Positions 49,787-59,535 of a stretch of 64,000 nucleotides of DNA are shown one piece after another (position 1 is the stretch's first letter; every line of letters begins with the position of its first letter). Position numbers and translations under genes: made by a program. The notes beneath the pieces are model-generated. The model was not told the origin of the DNA. It did not search any database and saw only the letters and a list, made by a program, of their open reading frames with translations. This DNA is from Acetobacteraceae bacterium (GTDB taxonomy: Bacteria > Pseudomonadota > Alphaproteobacteria > Acetobacterales > Acetobacteraceae): positions 431,209 to 495,208 of the forward strand of contig CBDAQB010000002.1 of assembly GCA_965198825.1 (NCBI GenBank). Direction: 5' to 3'.

Positions 49787-50155
49787 ATGAGTACTGAGGA
49801 CATGCAAGTGGATGTGCTGCTGGTAGAGGACGATGACCTCGTCCGCGACTGCCTGGCAGAGGCGTTGCACGATGCTGGCCTGGATATTGAAGGAACCTCG
49901 TCGGGCGAGGACGCGCTTCTCGTGCTGCGTCGTGCCGCGGCGCCAAAGGTTTTGGTGACCGATATCAATCTCGGCCAGGGCATGGATGGGTTGGCTTTCG
50001 CGCGCGCCGCCCGCGAGGTTTATCCTGGTCTCCCGGTGGTTTATATCAGCGGCCGCTATGGCGAGTTGCGTGGGTTATCCAGCCGCGAGCGCTTCCTGCC
50101 GAAGCCGTTCACCGCCCCTACCCTGCTACGCGCCATCGCCGAAGTTCAGGCCTGA
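49787..50155 (+). CDS. Single-domain response regulator
   Basis: LLVEDD, LVTD phosphoacceptor, YISG, PKPF. Confidence 0.88.
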   Translation: MSTEDMQVDVLLVEDDDLVRDCLAEALHDAGLDIEGTSSGEDALLVLRRAAAPKVLVTDINLGQGMDGLAFARAAREVYPGLPVVYISGRYGELRGLSSRERFLPKPFTAPTLLRAIAEVQA

Positions 50156-51579
50156 TCGCTCCTGGGCTTTGATGCGGCCAAACTATCGAAAAGCCGCTCC
50201 CATTCCCTCCTGACGGACCCTGTTTCGAAGCGCGCCAGAACAGGGCCGCCCGGCGCCAAACTGTCCGATATTCCAGGCCCCAAGGCGCGCTCGATCGCCG
50301 CGGCGATTGCCTCTGGGTCGTAGGGGTCTGCGTAGATGACGGCATCGCCGAAGATCCCCCGGAATACCGGTATGTCGGATACGACGCACGGGGTGCCGGC
50401 CTGCATCGCCTCGAGAGGCGCGTAGCCGAAGCCTTCGTTGAAGGACGGCAGCGCGAAGCAGGCGGCGCCGCGCATCAGAACTTGCAACTCGTCCTGTGGC
50501 ACGCTTTGCAAATGCAGGATCTGTCCGCTCGCCACGCCGGGCCGAATCTGAGAGAGGATCGGCTCTTCCTGCCACCCTGGCCCGCCGACAATGATGAGGC
50601 GAAGCCCGCCGCCGGTACGGGCGGCTGCGCGCTCCCAGCCACGTATGAGCCCCGGGTAGTTCTTTCTCGGTTCCAAGGTCGAGACGGCCAACACGTAGCG
50701 CATGCCCTCCGACGGTGGCGACCAGCCGGGCGGAGCCGCCGCCCCGCCGAGCGCGCGGAAGGTCAGGTGCCGCTCGATAATGGCGCGGGTGGTGAGGCCG
50801 GCGACCGCCGGGACCGCCGGGGCCAGGGCACATGGGATGACCACAGCGGTCGCTTCCCGCCGCGGATCCAGGGCCAGGAGATTGTCTCGGCTTTGGACCG
50901 AATTGCACACGAAGATCGCATCGGTGTCGCAGGCCCTGACCAGCCGTGAATGCGCGAGCCCCATCTGCCAGCGCCCTACCGTATCCGCATCCGTCACCGG
51001 AACCGCGTCGTGAAACCGCATGATCTGGCGAACGCCGGGCGGCAGGCGAACCGGCCTTGGCATGCAGAACAGCACCGCTTCGAAGCCTACCGCATCCAGC
51101 CGCTTGTGCAGGGGCGGCGGCAGGCGGAGCGCGCGATCGATCACCGAGGCTACAGACAGGTCGGTCGCCTGAAATGAACGCGCCAACACAGCGCTACGCC
51201 GGTCAGGCGCCAGAGTTTTGCTGAACAGCACGCGCCAGATGGAGTCGCCTTGCCCCGCCCCCGCCGCGGGCAAGAGCGCGTGCCTGAGCCGAACCTGCTG
51301 GCTGATCGATCGGGCATGCTGCAGGAGGCTCAGCGGAAAGCGTTCGCGCGCCGGACCGTCCCAGTTGCGCTCCATGGCATGCAATACCGCGGCCGTGAGC
51401 GCCGGGGCATCCGGACCATCTGGGCGCAGCGTGGGCAGGTCGTGCCGGCCGGCCGGCATCAGCAAACCGGTCGGCTCTACGCCGTCCAGGTCGCAGAGCA
51501 TCGAAAAGATGAGCCTGATGTCTTGCGCGATGCCCACGTAGCCGCCGGCTGCGTGGGAGAGGTCTACTAGAAGGCGCAT
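50146..51579 (-). CDS. Glycosyltransferase family 4
   Basis: Start re-set to ATG 51579 (upstream ORF part is repeat A11); STLEPRKN, PSFNEGFGYAPLEAM. Confidence 0.85.
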   Translation of the reverse strand: MRLLVDLSHAAGGYVGIAQDIRLIFSMLCDLDGVEPTGLLMPAGRHDLPTLRPDGPDAPALTAAVLHAMERNWDGPARERFPLSLLQHARSISQQVRLRHALLPAAGAGQGDSIWRVLFSKTLAPDRRSAVLARSFQATDLSVASVIDRALRLPPPLHKRLDAVGFEAVLFCMPRPVRLPPGVRQIMRFHDAVPVTDADTVGRWQMGLAHSRLVRACDTDAIFVCNSVQSRDNLLALDPRREATAVVIPCALAPAVPAVAGLTTRAIIERHLTFRALGGAAAPPGWSPPSEGMRYVLAVSTLEPRKNYPGLIRGWERAAARTGGGLRLIIVGGPGWQEEPILSQIRPGVASGQILHLQSVPQDELQVLMRGAACFALPSFNEGFGYAPLEAMQAGTPCVVSDIPVFRGIFGDAVIYADPYDPEAIAAAIERALGPGISDSLAPGGPVLARFETGSVRREWERLFDSLAASKPRSDQA

Positions 51580-51581
51580 TA

Positions 51582-51721
51582 GGAAGGAAGAAAGGTCTTC
51601 TTTTTTGAAAAAAAGAAGCAAAAAACTTTTGCGACCTGGGACCGAGATCCTGGGAACGCACGGCCTGAACGAACAAAAGTTTTTTGGTTCTCTTTTTCAA
51701 AAAAGAACATGCTTTCTTGCC
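51582..51721. repeat. Family A copy 11 (complete), fills the argG-GT4 gap
   Basis: Both arms, 44-bp spacer; TA at both flanks. Confidence 0.95.
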
Positions 51722-52995
51722 TAAAGCGTGCCCCCACGCCGCCCCGCCGTAGCAGCCAGCCGCAACCGCAGCGCGTTGAGCTTGATGAAGCCCTGGGCAT
51801 CGACCTGGTCATAAGCGCCCTGGTCATCCTCGAAGGTCACGACGCGCGTAGAATAAAGGCTGTTGGGGCTCTCGCGCCCAATGACGATCGTATTGCCCTT
51901 ATAGAGTTTTAGTCGGACTCGGCCGCTGACCGAGCGTTGGCTTTCGTCCACCATGGCCTGCAGCATCCGCCGCTCGGGCGAGTACCAGAAGCCGTTGTAG
52001 ATCAGCTCGGCATAGCGCGGCGCGAAGCTGTCCTTCAGGTGGGCGGCTTCTCGGTCTAGCGTGATGCTCTCGATGGCGCGGTGGGCGACATGGAGGATGG
52101 TGCCGCCTGGCGTTTCGTAGATGCCGCGGGACTTCATGCCGACGAAGCGGTTCTCCACCAGGTCGAGGCGCCCGATGCCGTTATCGCGGCCGAGGTCGTT
52201 AAGCCGCGCGAGAAGGGAAGCGGGCGAGAGGGGTTTGCCGTCGATCGCCGTGGGGTCGCCATGCTCAAAATCGATCGTGATGATGGTCGGTTTGTCGGGC
52301 GCCGCTTCGGGGCTGATGGTGCGCTGGAAGACGATCTCGTCCGGTTCTACCGCCGGGTCTTCGAGGATTTTACCTTCCGACGATGAGTGCAGGAGGTTCG
52401 CGTCCACCGAGAATGGCGCCTCGCCACGCTTGTCGCGGCTGATCGGGATCTGGTGGGCTTCCGCAAACTCTAGCAGCTTGGTCCGGCTGGTAAGCTCCCA
52501 TTCGCGCCAGGGCGCGATGACGCGAACGTCGGGTTTGAGGGCGTAATAGGCGAGTTCGAAACGGACCTGGTCGTTGCCTTTGCCCGTGGCGCCGTGGGCG
52601 ACGGCATCGGCGCCTGTCGCTTCGGCGATTTCGATCTGTCTTTGCGCGATCAAGGGGCGGGCTATGGAGGTGCCCAGAAGATACTGGCCTTCGTAGAGGG
52701 CATTGGCGCGGAACATCGGAAAGACGAAGTCGCGCACGAAGGTCTCGCGCAAATCCTCGACGAAGATTTCACGAACGCCGGCCTGCTCTGCCTTGCGGCG
52801 GGCGGGTTCGAGTTCCTCGCCCTGGCCGAGGTCCGCGGTGAAGGTAACGACTTCGCAGCGGTAGGTGGTCTGCAGCCAGCGGAGGATGACGCTGGTGTCC
52901 AGGCCGCCCGAATAGGCGAGAACCACCTTCTTTACCGTTTTGTCCGATGCTGCGGCACCGTGGTCCAGTCCAGCAGGAGCTGTCGCGTTCGTCAC
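51721..52995 (-). CDS. argG: Argininosuccinate synthase
   Basis: [43 protein letters not shown]; start uncertain (GTG 52995). Confidence 0.95.
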   Translation of the reverse strand: MTNATAPAGLDHGAAASDKTVKKVVLAYSGGLDTSVILRWLQTTYRCEVVTFTADLGQGEELEPARRKAEQAGVREIFVEDLRETFVRDFVFPMFRANALYEGQYLLGTSIARPLIAQRQIEIAEATGADAVAHGATGKGNDQVRFELAYYALKPDVRVIAPWREWELTSRTKLLEFAEAHQIPISRDKRGEAPFSVDANLLHSSSEGKILEDPAVEPDEIVFQRTISPEAAPDKPTIITIDFEHGDPTAIDGKPLSPASLLARLNDLGRDNGIGRLDLVENRFVGMKSRGIYETPGGTILHVAHRAIESITLDREAAHLKDSFAPRYAELIYNGFWYSPERRMLQAMVDESQRSVSGRVRLKLYKGNTIVIGRESPNSLYSTRVVTFEDDQGAYDQVDAQGFIKLNALRLRLAATAGRRGGTL

Positions 52996-53153
52996 CTTCA
53001 CCGCCTCGGCTGCATCTCGTACGGCCTTAACGCCCGCAGCATCCCTGGGCAAGCAGCAGTGGCTTTGGGCCCATGAGGTGCCTGGACACGCGAGACGTGA
53101 TGTGCGGACGCTTTTTTCGGCCTCAGCCCGCCTGTATGGTTTCAGGCAACATC

Positions 53154-53891
53154 ATGTACGAAAACGACCCTTTCGCCGAACCTGCCTTTCTGAGCCGGCT
53201 ACAGAAGCTCCTGCCCATGCTCGGTTCGGCGCAGCCTGCCGAAGCGGATGCGGCGCGGCGCAAGCTGCTCGAACATCTGGCGCACGCGCGCCTTTCGCTG
53301 ACCGATGTGTCGAACCGGCTTGGCAGTGCGCCTGCACCGCAAAGCTCGTTTTTGCAGGGCACGCGCGAGATGAGCCTGGAGCGGCAGCTCGGTATCGCCA
53401 GGACGGCGCGGCACGAGGCGGAGGCTGAGGCGGCAGCGGCGCGCGCCAGGGTGGCCGAGTTGCAGGCGGCTCTCCAGCAATCGACATTGAATGTCGGCCG
53501 GGCGCTGCAGGGCCAGGCGAGGGGACGGACGTTCGCCGCCCTTGGCTTTTGCGCCGCGGCCATTGCGCTGATGGTGGCCGGCGGCGCGCAGTTCGGCCCT
53601 TTGTTTTCCCGCGGGAGCGCAGGCGCGCCGTTAGCGACTCTGCAGTCTTCCGGTGACAAGGCGGCCGGCGAAACCCTGCAACTTGCGCGCGGCGAACGCC
53701 TGGGAACAGCACTGGTGCAGGACCTGGCCGTGCGGCTCGCGCCGAGCGACAGCGCCGGCGTCAGGGCTTTTCTCAATCAAGGCACGCGTGTCGCGATCTC
53801 CGGCCAGGAGCGGGTGGGCCCACAGAATTGGCTCTATATTCGCAGCGGCAGCGGGTTTGGGTGGGTCAGAGCCGGAGACGTGCTGCACTAG
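53154..53891 (+). CDS. Hypothetical membrane protein with C-terminal SH3-like domain
   Basis: GSAQPAEADAARRKL (DUF2786-like), coiled coil, TM, VRLAPS...NWLYIR..GFGWV. Confidence 0.55.
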   Translation: MYENDPFAEPAFLSRLQKLLPMLGSAQPAEADAARRKLLEHLAHARLSLTDVSNRLGSAPAPQSSFLQGTREMSLERQLGIARTARHEAEAEAAAARARVAELQAALQQSTLNVGRALQGQARGRTFAALGFCAAAIALMVAGGAQFGPLFSRGSAGAPLATLQSSGDKAAGETLQLARGERLGTALVQDLAVRLAPSDSAGVRAFLNQGTRVAISGQERVGPQNWLYIRSGSGFGWVRAGDVLH

Positions 53892-54086
53892 CCGCACCGC
53901 CTGGCCTGGAATGCTACTAGGCCGGCCATCTGACGCGGTTTTCCTGCGCTCCGGTGCTCATGGCCGCAGAGGCCACTCCGCTCCGGTGCTCGGCAAAACC
54001 ACGCCAGCTGACTCGGCCTAGCGCATTCCAGACCAGGCTTGGAGAATGTTCGTCACCACGCGTGCACAACCTGCTCCTGTTGGATT

Positions 54087-54491
54087 TTAGGCGGCGCGGG
54101 TGTTGGGGCTGGGGGTGATGGGTTGGCCTGGGGGGAAGGTCTCGTCCATGGCGACCCAGGTGTCTGAGAGGGCGGTGGCTAGGGCGTTGGCGAGGGCGCA
54201 GGCGGCGATGGCTTCGCCGTTGTCGCAGGCGGCTTGAAGGCTGGCAGCGAGGGTCTGGGCACGTCGGGCGCCAATGGTGCCGGCCATGGCTATGAGATTG
54301 TGGGCGTGATTGCGCAGGTTCGGCAGGTCGCAGGCGGCCGAGAAGGCATTCAGGGCGTCTGCCCGCAGCTTTGCGTCCTGCCTGCATTTCTCCAGGAGGG
54401 CACCGAGCCGGTCGGACGAGAGGATAGCGCTCAGGCGGACGAGCACATCACTGTCGAGAAGCGGGCACTCGGCTGACGGCGTGACCGTCAC
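54087..54491 (-). CDS. Hpt (histidine phosphotransfer) domain protein
   Basis: LRNHAHNLIAMAGTIGA; GTGA overlap with the upstream response regulator stop. Confidence 0.75.
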   Translation of the reverse strand: MTVTPSAECPLLDSDVLVRLSAILSSDRLGALLEKCRQDAKLRADALNAFSAACDLPNLRNHAHNLIAMAGTIGARRAQTLAASLQAACDNGEAIAACALANALATALSDTWVAMDETFPPGQPITPSPNTRAA

Positions 54492-55129
54492 CACCCGCCG
54501 CCGCCACGGACGCGGGCGCCGTCCGTGCTGCTAAGCCGCGCTTCCTCGAAGCTCTTGAGCTGGTAGGAGACGCAAGCCAACAGGGCCGGAAAATCCAGCG
54601 GTTTGGCATACATCGCGTCGAACTCCACGCGTGAAGAGGCTTCGTGCATCGTCAGGCTTTCAGGCGAGGCGGTGATCGCGATCAGGCGCGGGCATTCCGG
54701 CCCGTCGAACACGTCGCGCATCAGCCTCGCCGTCGTTAGCCCGTCGATCTTGGGGATCTGATAGTCGATGAGCGCAAGCGAGTAGCCGCCTGTCCGCGCC
54801 TTGGTCACTGCCGTCAGACCGTCTGCCGCTGAATCGGTCGCGAAACCGCAGCTCAGCAGAATGTCGGTCAGGAACATGCGCTGCAGATCGTCGTCCTCGA
54901 CCACCAGCACGCGCGGGGCGTTAATCTGGAGACCGCCGGAGGTCAGGGTGTATTCGGCTTGCGGCAGCTTGTAGGCGTTCTTAGAGCGCGTTACCGCACC
55001 CTGAGAGCTTGCCGCCACCAGCTTCGTCGGGGCGCCCGGATGGCTGGAGCGAGCGCCGCGTGGTGGCGTGAACCCGGCGAGCGAGGCGATGGAAGCATCC
55101 TTGGACAAGCGCCGGCCCTTTCTCTCCAC
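54488..55129 (-). CDS. Response regulator receiver protein with unknown N-terminal extension
   Basis: VLVVEDD, LALID, IDGL, IAITA, AKP; start uncertain. Confidence 0.8.
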   Translation of the reverse strand: MERKGRRLSKDASIASLAGFTPPRGARSSHPGAPTKLVAASSQGAVTRSKNAYKLPQAEYTLTSGGLQINAPRVLVVEDDDLQRMFLTDILLSCGFATDSAADGLTAVTKARTGGYSLALIDYQIPKIDGLTTARLMRDVFDGPECPRLIAITASPESLTMHEASSRVEFDAMYAKPLDFPALLACVSYQLKSFEEARLSSTDGARVRGGGGW

Positions 55130-55398
55130 CCGGGCGCTTCGACCCGCGGCGATTTCACGCTAGCGGGCAGGGGTTAGCAGGGGGTTAAGCGCTCCAAGGG
55201 TGGCGGCAGGGCGGCAACAGTGCCGCATTCAATTCCTTGTTGAATGACCACGCTCGCACCCCATCATCTTGCGGCGACTCCGCTGCGGTCGCTAACTTTC
55301 TGATCGTGGCATCGTGTTCGTGGCACTGGTTCCACGGCGCGGTCCACGCATGACGGCTTGTTCCAGTTGGCCTTCCTCCACCCCCTGGGGAGACCCCT

Positions 55399-55899
55399 AT
55401 GTCATTCCACATGGAAACCGCACATAACGCCGCCAATCCGCTCGACATGATGGAGCAGATCGTCTCGGCCAACGAATGGGTGTTCGACCGCCGGTCGGAT
55501 GCCGAAATGGCCGCCGAGGCGCCGGGCAAATGGTGTGACTACGGCTTGTTCTTCAGCTGGTCGGCCGAAATCTCAGCCATGCATTTCACCTGCACCTTCG
55601 ACCTGAAAGTGCCCGCACCACGCCGCGCTGCCCTGTACGAGCTGCTGTCGCTCGCCAACGAGCGGCTCTGGATCGGCCATTTCGGCATGGATTCGGACGA
55701 CGGCATGCCGCTGTTCCGCCATGCGGTGCTGCTGCGCGGCGCGCCGGGCGCCTCTGCCGAAAGCCTTGAGGACATGGTCGATATCGCCATCACCGAGTGC
55801 GAACGCTTCTACCCGGCGTTCCAGTTCGTGCTGTGGGGCGGCAAGAGCCCGGCCGAGGCGCTGGAGGCGGCGATGCTGGAGTGTGTTGGGGAAGCGTAA
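55399..55899 (+). CDS. YbjN domain-containing protein
   Basis: NPLDMMEQIV, ANERLWIGHF, ECERFYPAFQFVLWGGK; upstream of proC. Confidence 0.85.
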   Translation: MSFHMETAHNAANPLDMMEQIVSANEWVFDRRSDAEMAAEAPGKWCDYGLFFSWSAEISAMHFTCTFDLKVPAPRRAALYELLSLANERLWIGHFGMDSDDGMPLFRHAVLLRGAPGASAESLEDMVDIAITECERFYPAFQFVLWGGKSPAEALEAAMLECVGEA

Positions 55900-56028
55900 G
55901 AAAGGCCTTCTTTTGAAAAAAAGAAGCAAGAAACTTTTGCGACTTAGCGCCGGTGCGCCGGAAAGGCCGGGCCCAAGGATACAAAAGTTTTTTGGTTCTT
56001 TTTTTCAAAAAAGAACTGCTTCCTTCCT
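55899..56028. repeat. Family A copy 12 (complete), fills the ybjN-proC gap
   Basis: Both arms, 44-bp spacer; abuts the proC TTG. Confidence 0.95.
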
Positions 56029-56829
56029 TTGACCGACATCCCCCCCATCCTGCTCGTAGGCGCAGGCAAAATGGGCAGCACCATGTTCAGCGGCTGGTCG
56101 AAAGCCGGCCTGGCTCCCTCAGTTCTGGTCGATCCAGCATCCCAAGGCGTGGCCAGGCCGCAGGACAGAGCCATTGCCGCCTTGGCCGATCTCCCGGGTG
56201 ATTTCGAGCCTGCCGTCGCCGTTCTGGCGGTCAAGCCGCAGATGGCAGCCGGCGTGTTCGAGGCGTTAGACAATTCGCTGCCCAAGGCATGCGTGGTGCT
56301 GTCCATCATGGCTGGCATCACCATCGGCAGACTCGAAGCATCCCTGGGTGGCCGGCGGGTGGTCAGGGCGATGCCGAACACGCCGGCCGCGATCGGGCGC
56401 GGCATGACGGTCGCGTGCGCGGGACCGGAGCTCGCGGATGACGACCATGCATTGTGCGAGCGCCTTCTCGCAGCGGTGGGCGAGGTGGCGTGGGTCGATG
56501 ACGAGGCGCTGATGGATTCGGTGACAGCCGTTTCCGGCAGCGGACCTGCCTATGTGTTCCTGCTGGCGGAGATCCTGGAACAGGCGGGCGTTGAGCAGGG
56601 CATCCCGCCTGAGCTTGCGCGGCTACTCGCCAGGCGGACGGTATCGGGTGCCGGGGCGCTGCTGGAGGCCTCCGATGCCGATGCCGCCGCGCTGCGCCAG
56701 GCGGTGACCAGTCCTGGTGGCACGACGGAACAGGCGCTGGCGGTGCTGATGGAGGCCGGGGCGTGGCCCGCCGCTGTTCGCCGCGCCGTGGCGGCCGGGA
56801 AGGCACGGGCGCGCGTCCTCGCCGAGTAG
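56029..56829 (+). CDS. proC: Pyrroline-5-carboxylate reductase
   Basis: GAGKMG, AVKPQ, RAMPNTP, SGSGPAY, VTSPGGTT. Confidence 0.95.
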   Translation: MTDIPPILLVGAGKMGSTMFSGWSKAGLAPSVLVDPASQGVARPQDRAIAALADLPGDFEPAVAVLAVKPQMAAGVFEALDNSLPKACVVLSIMAGITIGRLEASLGGRRVVRAMPNTPAAIGRGMTVACAGPELADDDHALCERLLAAVGEVAWVDDEALMDSVTAVSGSGPAYVFLLAEILEQAGVEQGIPPELARLLARRTVSGAGALLEASDADAAALRQAVTSPGGTTEQALAVLMEAGAWPAAVRRAVAAGKARARVLAE

Positions 56830-56901
56830 ACTTGGGGGACCGTGCATTTTGACGCGCGCCCCCATCTGCTAAGGCGGACAGCAACAGCAGGCAGCCTCGG
56901 T

Positions 56902-57606
56902 ATGTCGGTTCTCGACCATGACGATTTCGACGAACAGCTCATCGGGGGCGCGTTCGCCCTGGCGGCGCGTGATGGATGGTCGTCTGTATCGGTGGCTGGC
57001 GCTGCGCGCGAGGCAGGGGTGGCGCTGGACAAGGCGCGGGTGCGTTTCCCAGGGCGCGGAGCGGTCCTTCTGAAGCTCGGCCAGATGGCAGATCGCTACG
57101 CTTTGGCCGATGCAATGGAGGTGGGCGAGACACGCGAGCGCCTTTTCGATCTGCTCATGCGGCGCTTCGATGTGTTGCAACGGCATAGGGCGGGCGTGCT
57201 TGCCCTTTTGCGTGCGCTCCCAGGGCATCCAGGCGAGGCGCTGATGCTGGCGGCGGCGACCCAGGCGAGCATGGGCTGGATGCTCGAGGCGGCAGGCGCG
57301 TCATCGTCTGGACTGACTGGAGCAGTGCGGTCGCAGGGCCTCGGCGCGGTTTGGCTCTACGCGTTACGGGCCTGGCGGAACGACGAGAGTGCGGATCTGT
57401 CCGGCACGATGGCAGCGCTCGATCGCGCCCTGGAACGCGCCGAGCAGGCCGCGGGCTGGCTGGGCGGCGAGGCGCAGCCTGCTGCGCCGAAGCCGTTCCC
57501 TGAGGTGGCCGGTTCTGTGCAGGAAATGTCGTTGGAGAATGAGCCTATGCAGGAGCAGCCGCTGGACGGTTTTTCCGAACCGCCGGAGATCCTTGACGAA
57601 CCCTGA
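56902..57606 (+). CDS. TetR-like regulator / conserved alphaproteobacterial protein
   Basis: HTH-like LAARDGWSSVSV..AAREAG; RERLFDLLMRRFD; TMAALDRAL. Confidence 0.65.
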   Translation: MSVLDHDDFDEQLIGGAFALAARDGWSSVSVAGAAREAGVALDKARVRFPGRGAVLLKLGQMADRYALADAMEVGETRERLFDLLMRRFDVLQRHRAGVLALLRALPGHPGEALMLAAATQASMGWMLEAAGASSSGLTGAVRSQGLGAVWLYALRAWRNDESADLSGTMAALDRALERAEQAAGWLGGEAQPAAPKPFPEVAGSVQEMSLENEPMQEQPLDGFSEPPEILDEP

Positions 57607-57618
57607 GCGGCATATTTC

Positions 57619-57658
57619 CGTGATGACCCCGTCTGGTCAGCGTGATGACCCTGTCTGG
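57619..57658. repeat. 18-bp direct repeat upstream of the phasin gene
   Basis: CGTGATGACCCCGTCTGG (57619) and CGTGATGACCCTGTCTGG (57641), 17/18 identical, 22-bp period. Confidence 0.8.
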
Positions 57659-57751
57659 CTGGCCGATAAAGCTCTAGTGACTTACGCAGCCCGCTGCCGA
57701 TCCAGGTGAGGCACGCGTTAGGATAGAAAATCCTCAGAAGGAGAGTGCATC

Positions 57752-58360
57752 ATGGCTGATGAAACGACCCCGCCGTCTGAAAATCCCGCTTCCATGGCTG
57801 CCAAGAACATCGAGAACTCCGCCGCCGCGATGAAGCAGGCGGCCGCGGCATCGGTTGCCACCGGAGAGGAAATTGCGCGGCGGACGCATGAGACCGTGGG
57901 AGGCTTTGCGCGCGCTGCCGCCGAGGGCCAGCAGGCCATGGCTGGCGACATGACACGCATGTTCAAGGAAATGCGCTTCCCCTCGGTCATCCCGGACAGT
58001 GGTGCGCTGATGGCTGCCCACCGCCGCAACATGGAGGCTCTGTCTTCCGCCAACCGCATGGCGCTCGAAGGCGCGCAGGCCGTCGCGCGCCGCCACATGG
58101 AGATCATGCAGCAGACGATGAGCGAACTGTCTGAGCATGTCCGTGAAATCGCCAGCACCGACACGCCGCAAAGCAAGGCCGCCAAGCAGGCCGAGCTGGT
58201 CAAGAAGAGCTACGAGCGCGCGGTCAGCAACATTCGTGAATTGTCGGACCTCATTCAGCGGTCGAACGGCGAGGCGCTCGGGTTGCTCAACGATCGCTTC
58301 CGCGAGGCAATGGACGAGGTGAAGCAGCTGCTGGAGAAGACCGGCGAACACAAGGCCTGA
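57752..58360 (+). CDS. phaP: Phasin (PHA granule-associated protein)
   Basis: AHRRNMEAL..AN..A.EG.Q.VARR..EI; ELIQRSN-like C-terminus; Ala-rich. Confidence 0.85.
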   Translation: MADETTPPSENPASMAAKNIENSAAAMKQAAAASVATGEEIARRTHETVGGFARAAAEGQQAMAGDMTRMFKEMRFPSVIPDSGALMAAHRRNMEALSSANRMALEGAQAVARRHMEIMQQTMSELSEHVREIASTDTPQSKAAKQAELVKKSYERAVSNIRELSDLIQRSNGEALGLLNDRFREAMDEVKQLLEKTGEHKA

Positions 58361-58368
58361 GTTTCCGA

Positions 58369-59009
58369 ATGCCGCAAGGGGGCGAGCCTCCTACGCGGTA
58401 AAGGAGATCTTTTCCACACTTCAGGGCGAAGGCGCTTGGGCCGGGCGCCCTGCGGTGTTTTGCCGTTTTGCTGGTTGCAACCTGTGGTCCGGCCTGGAAG
58501 CGGACCGGTCGGCCGCGGTCTGCCAGTTTTGCGATACTGACTTCGTGCGGCCCGACGCAGGCAAGTTCGCCGGCGCTGCGGCCTTGGCTGACGCGATCGA
58601 GGCGGCTTGGCCAGCGGGACGGACGCACCGGTTTGCCGTGCTCACAGGCGGCGAGCCGCTTCTGCAGGTGGATGAGGCGTTGCTCGAAGCCTTGCACACG
58701 CGCGGCTTCATGGTGGCGGTCGAAACCAACGGGACACAGGAAGCACCAGTGGGTCTCGATTGGATCTGCGTCAGCCCGAAAGCGGGCGCGGAGCTTTTGC
58801 TGCGCAAGGGAGACGAATTGAAGCTGGTGTTTCCTCAGGCGGGCGCCGACCCCGCTCGTTTCGAGGATTTGGCATTCAGCCATTTTCTGCTTCAGCCCAT
58901 GGATGGGCCGGATGCCGCCGCCAACACGCAGGCGGCGATCGCCTATTGTCTCGCCCATCCGCAGTGGCGGCTGAGCGTCCAAACCCATAAGGTGCTTGGC
59001 TTGAGGTAG
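58369..59009 (+). CDS. queE: 7-carboxy-7-deazaguanine synthase with a 5' frameshift or missing start
   Basis: SYAVKEIFSTLQGEG from 58389, CNLWSG..CQFCDTDF, TGGEP, ETNGT, VSPK; no in-frame start before the QGEG motif; ATG 58369 is in another frame. Confidence 0.8.
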
Positions 59010-59031
59010 CGACCTGTCGCAGGAGGGCAGC

Positions 59032-59511
59032 ATGCCTGATGACATCTACTGGCACGACGCCCTTGCTTGGTCGGAACAGCAGGCCGACCTCCTGCAACGT
59101 CTGGCTCGCGGCGAGCGGGTGAACGCAGAGATCGATTGGGAACACGTGGTTGAGGAAGTGCGCGACCTGGGTAGGTCAGAGTTGCGCGCGGTCGAGAGCC
59201 TGCTAACGCGCGCTTTGGAGCACCTCTTGAAGATTTATGGGTGGCCGGCCTCGCCTGCGATTAACCACTGGAAAGCAGAGACGCTCTCGTTCTTGCTCGA
59301 CGCTAGAAATACCTGCAGCCCATCGATGCGCGGCCGGGTTGACGCCGCTGGCTGTTATCTTCGCGCCTCGCAGCCAATTTCGGTTTTGATGCTCGGCGCG
59401 TTGGATCCGCGTCCCTGGCCAGGGGTGTGTCCGTTCGCTTTGGCAGATCTGCTACCGGTGAGCGACGAACGCCCCGACATAAATGCCTTGATAGCCAAGC
59501 TTCACGCCTGA
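59032..59511 (+). CDS. DUF29 family protein
   Basis: YWHDALAWSEQQADLL, IDWEHVVEEVRDLGRSE, LEHLLK, CPF. Confidence 0.85.
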   Translation: MPDDIYWHDALAWSEQQADLLQRLARGERVNAEIDWEHVVEEVRDLGRSELRAVESLLTRALEHLLKIYGWPASPAINHWKAETLSFLLDARNTCSPSMRGRVDAAGCYLRASQPISVLMLGALDPRPWPGVCPFALADLLPVSDERPDINALIAKLHA

Positions 59512-59535
59512 CCTGCCGAAATCGAGGTCTATCCC

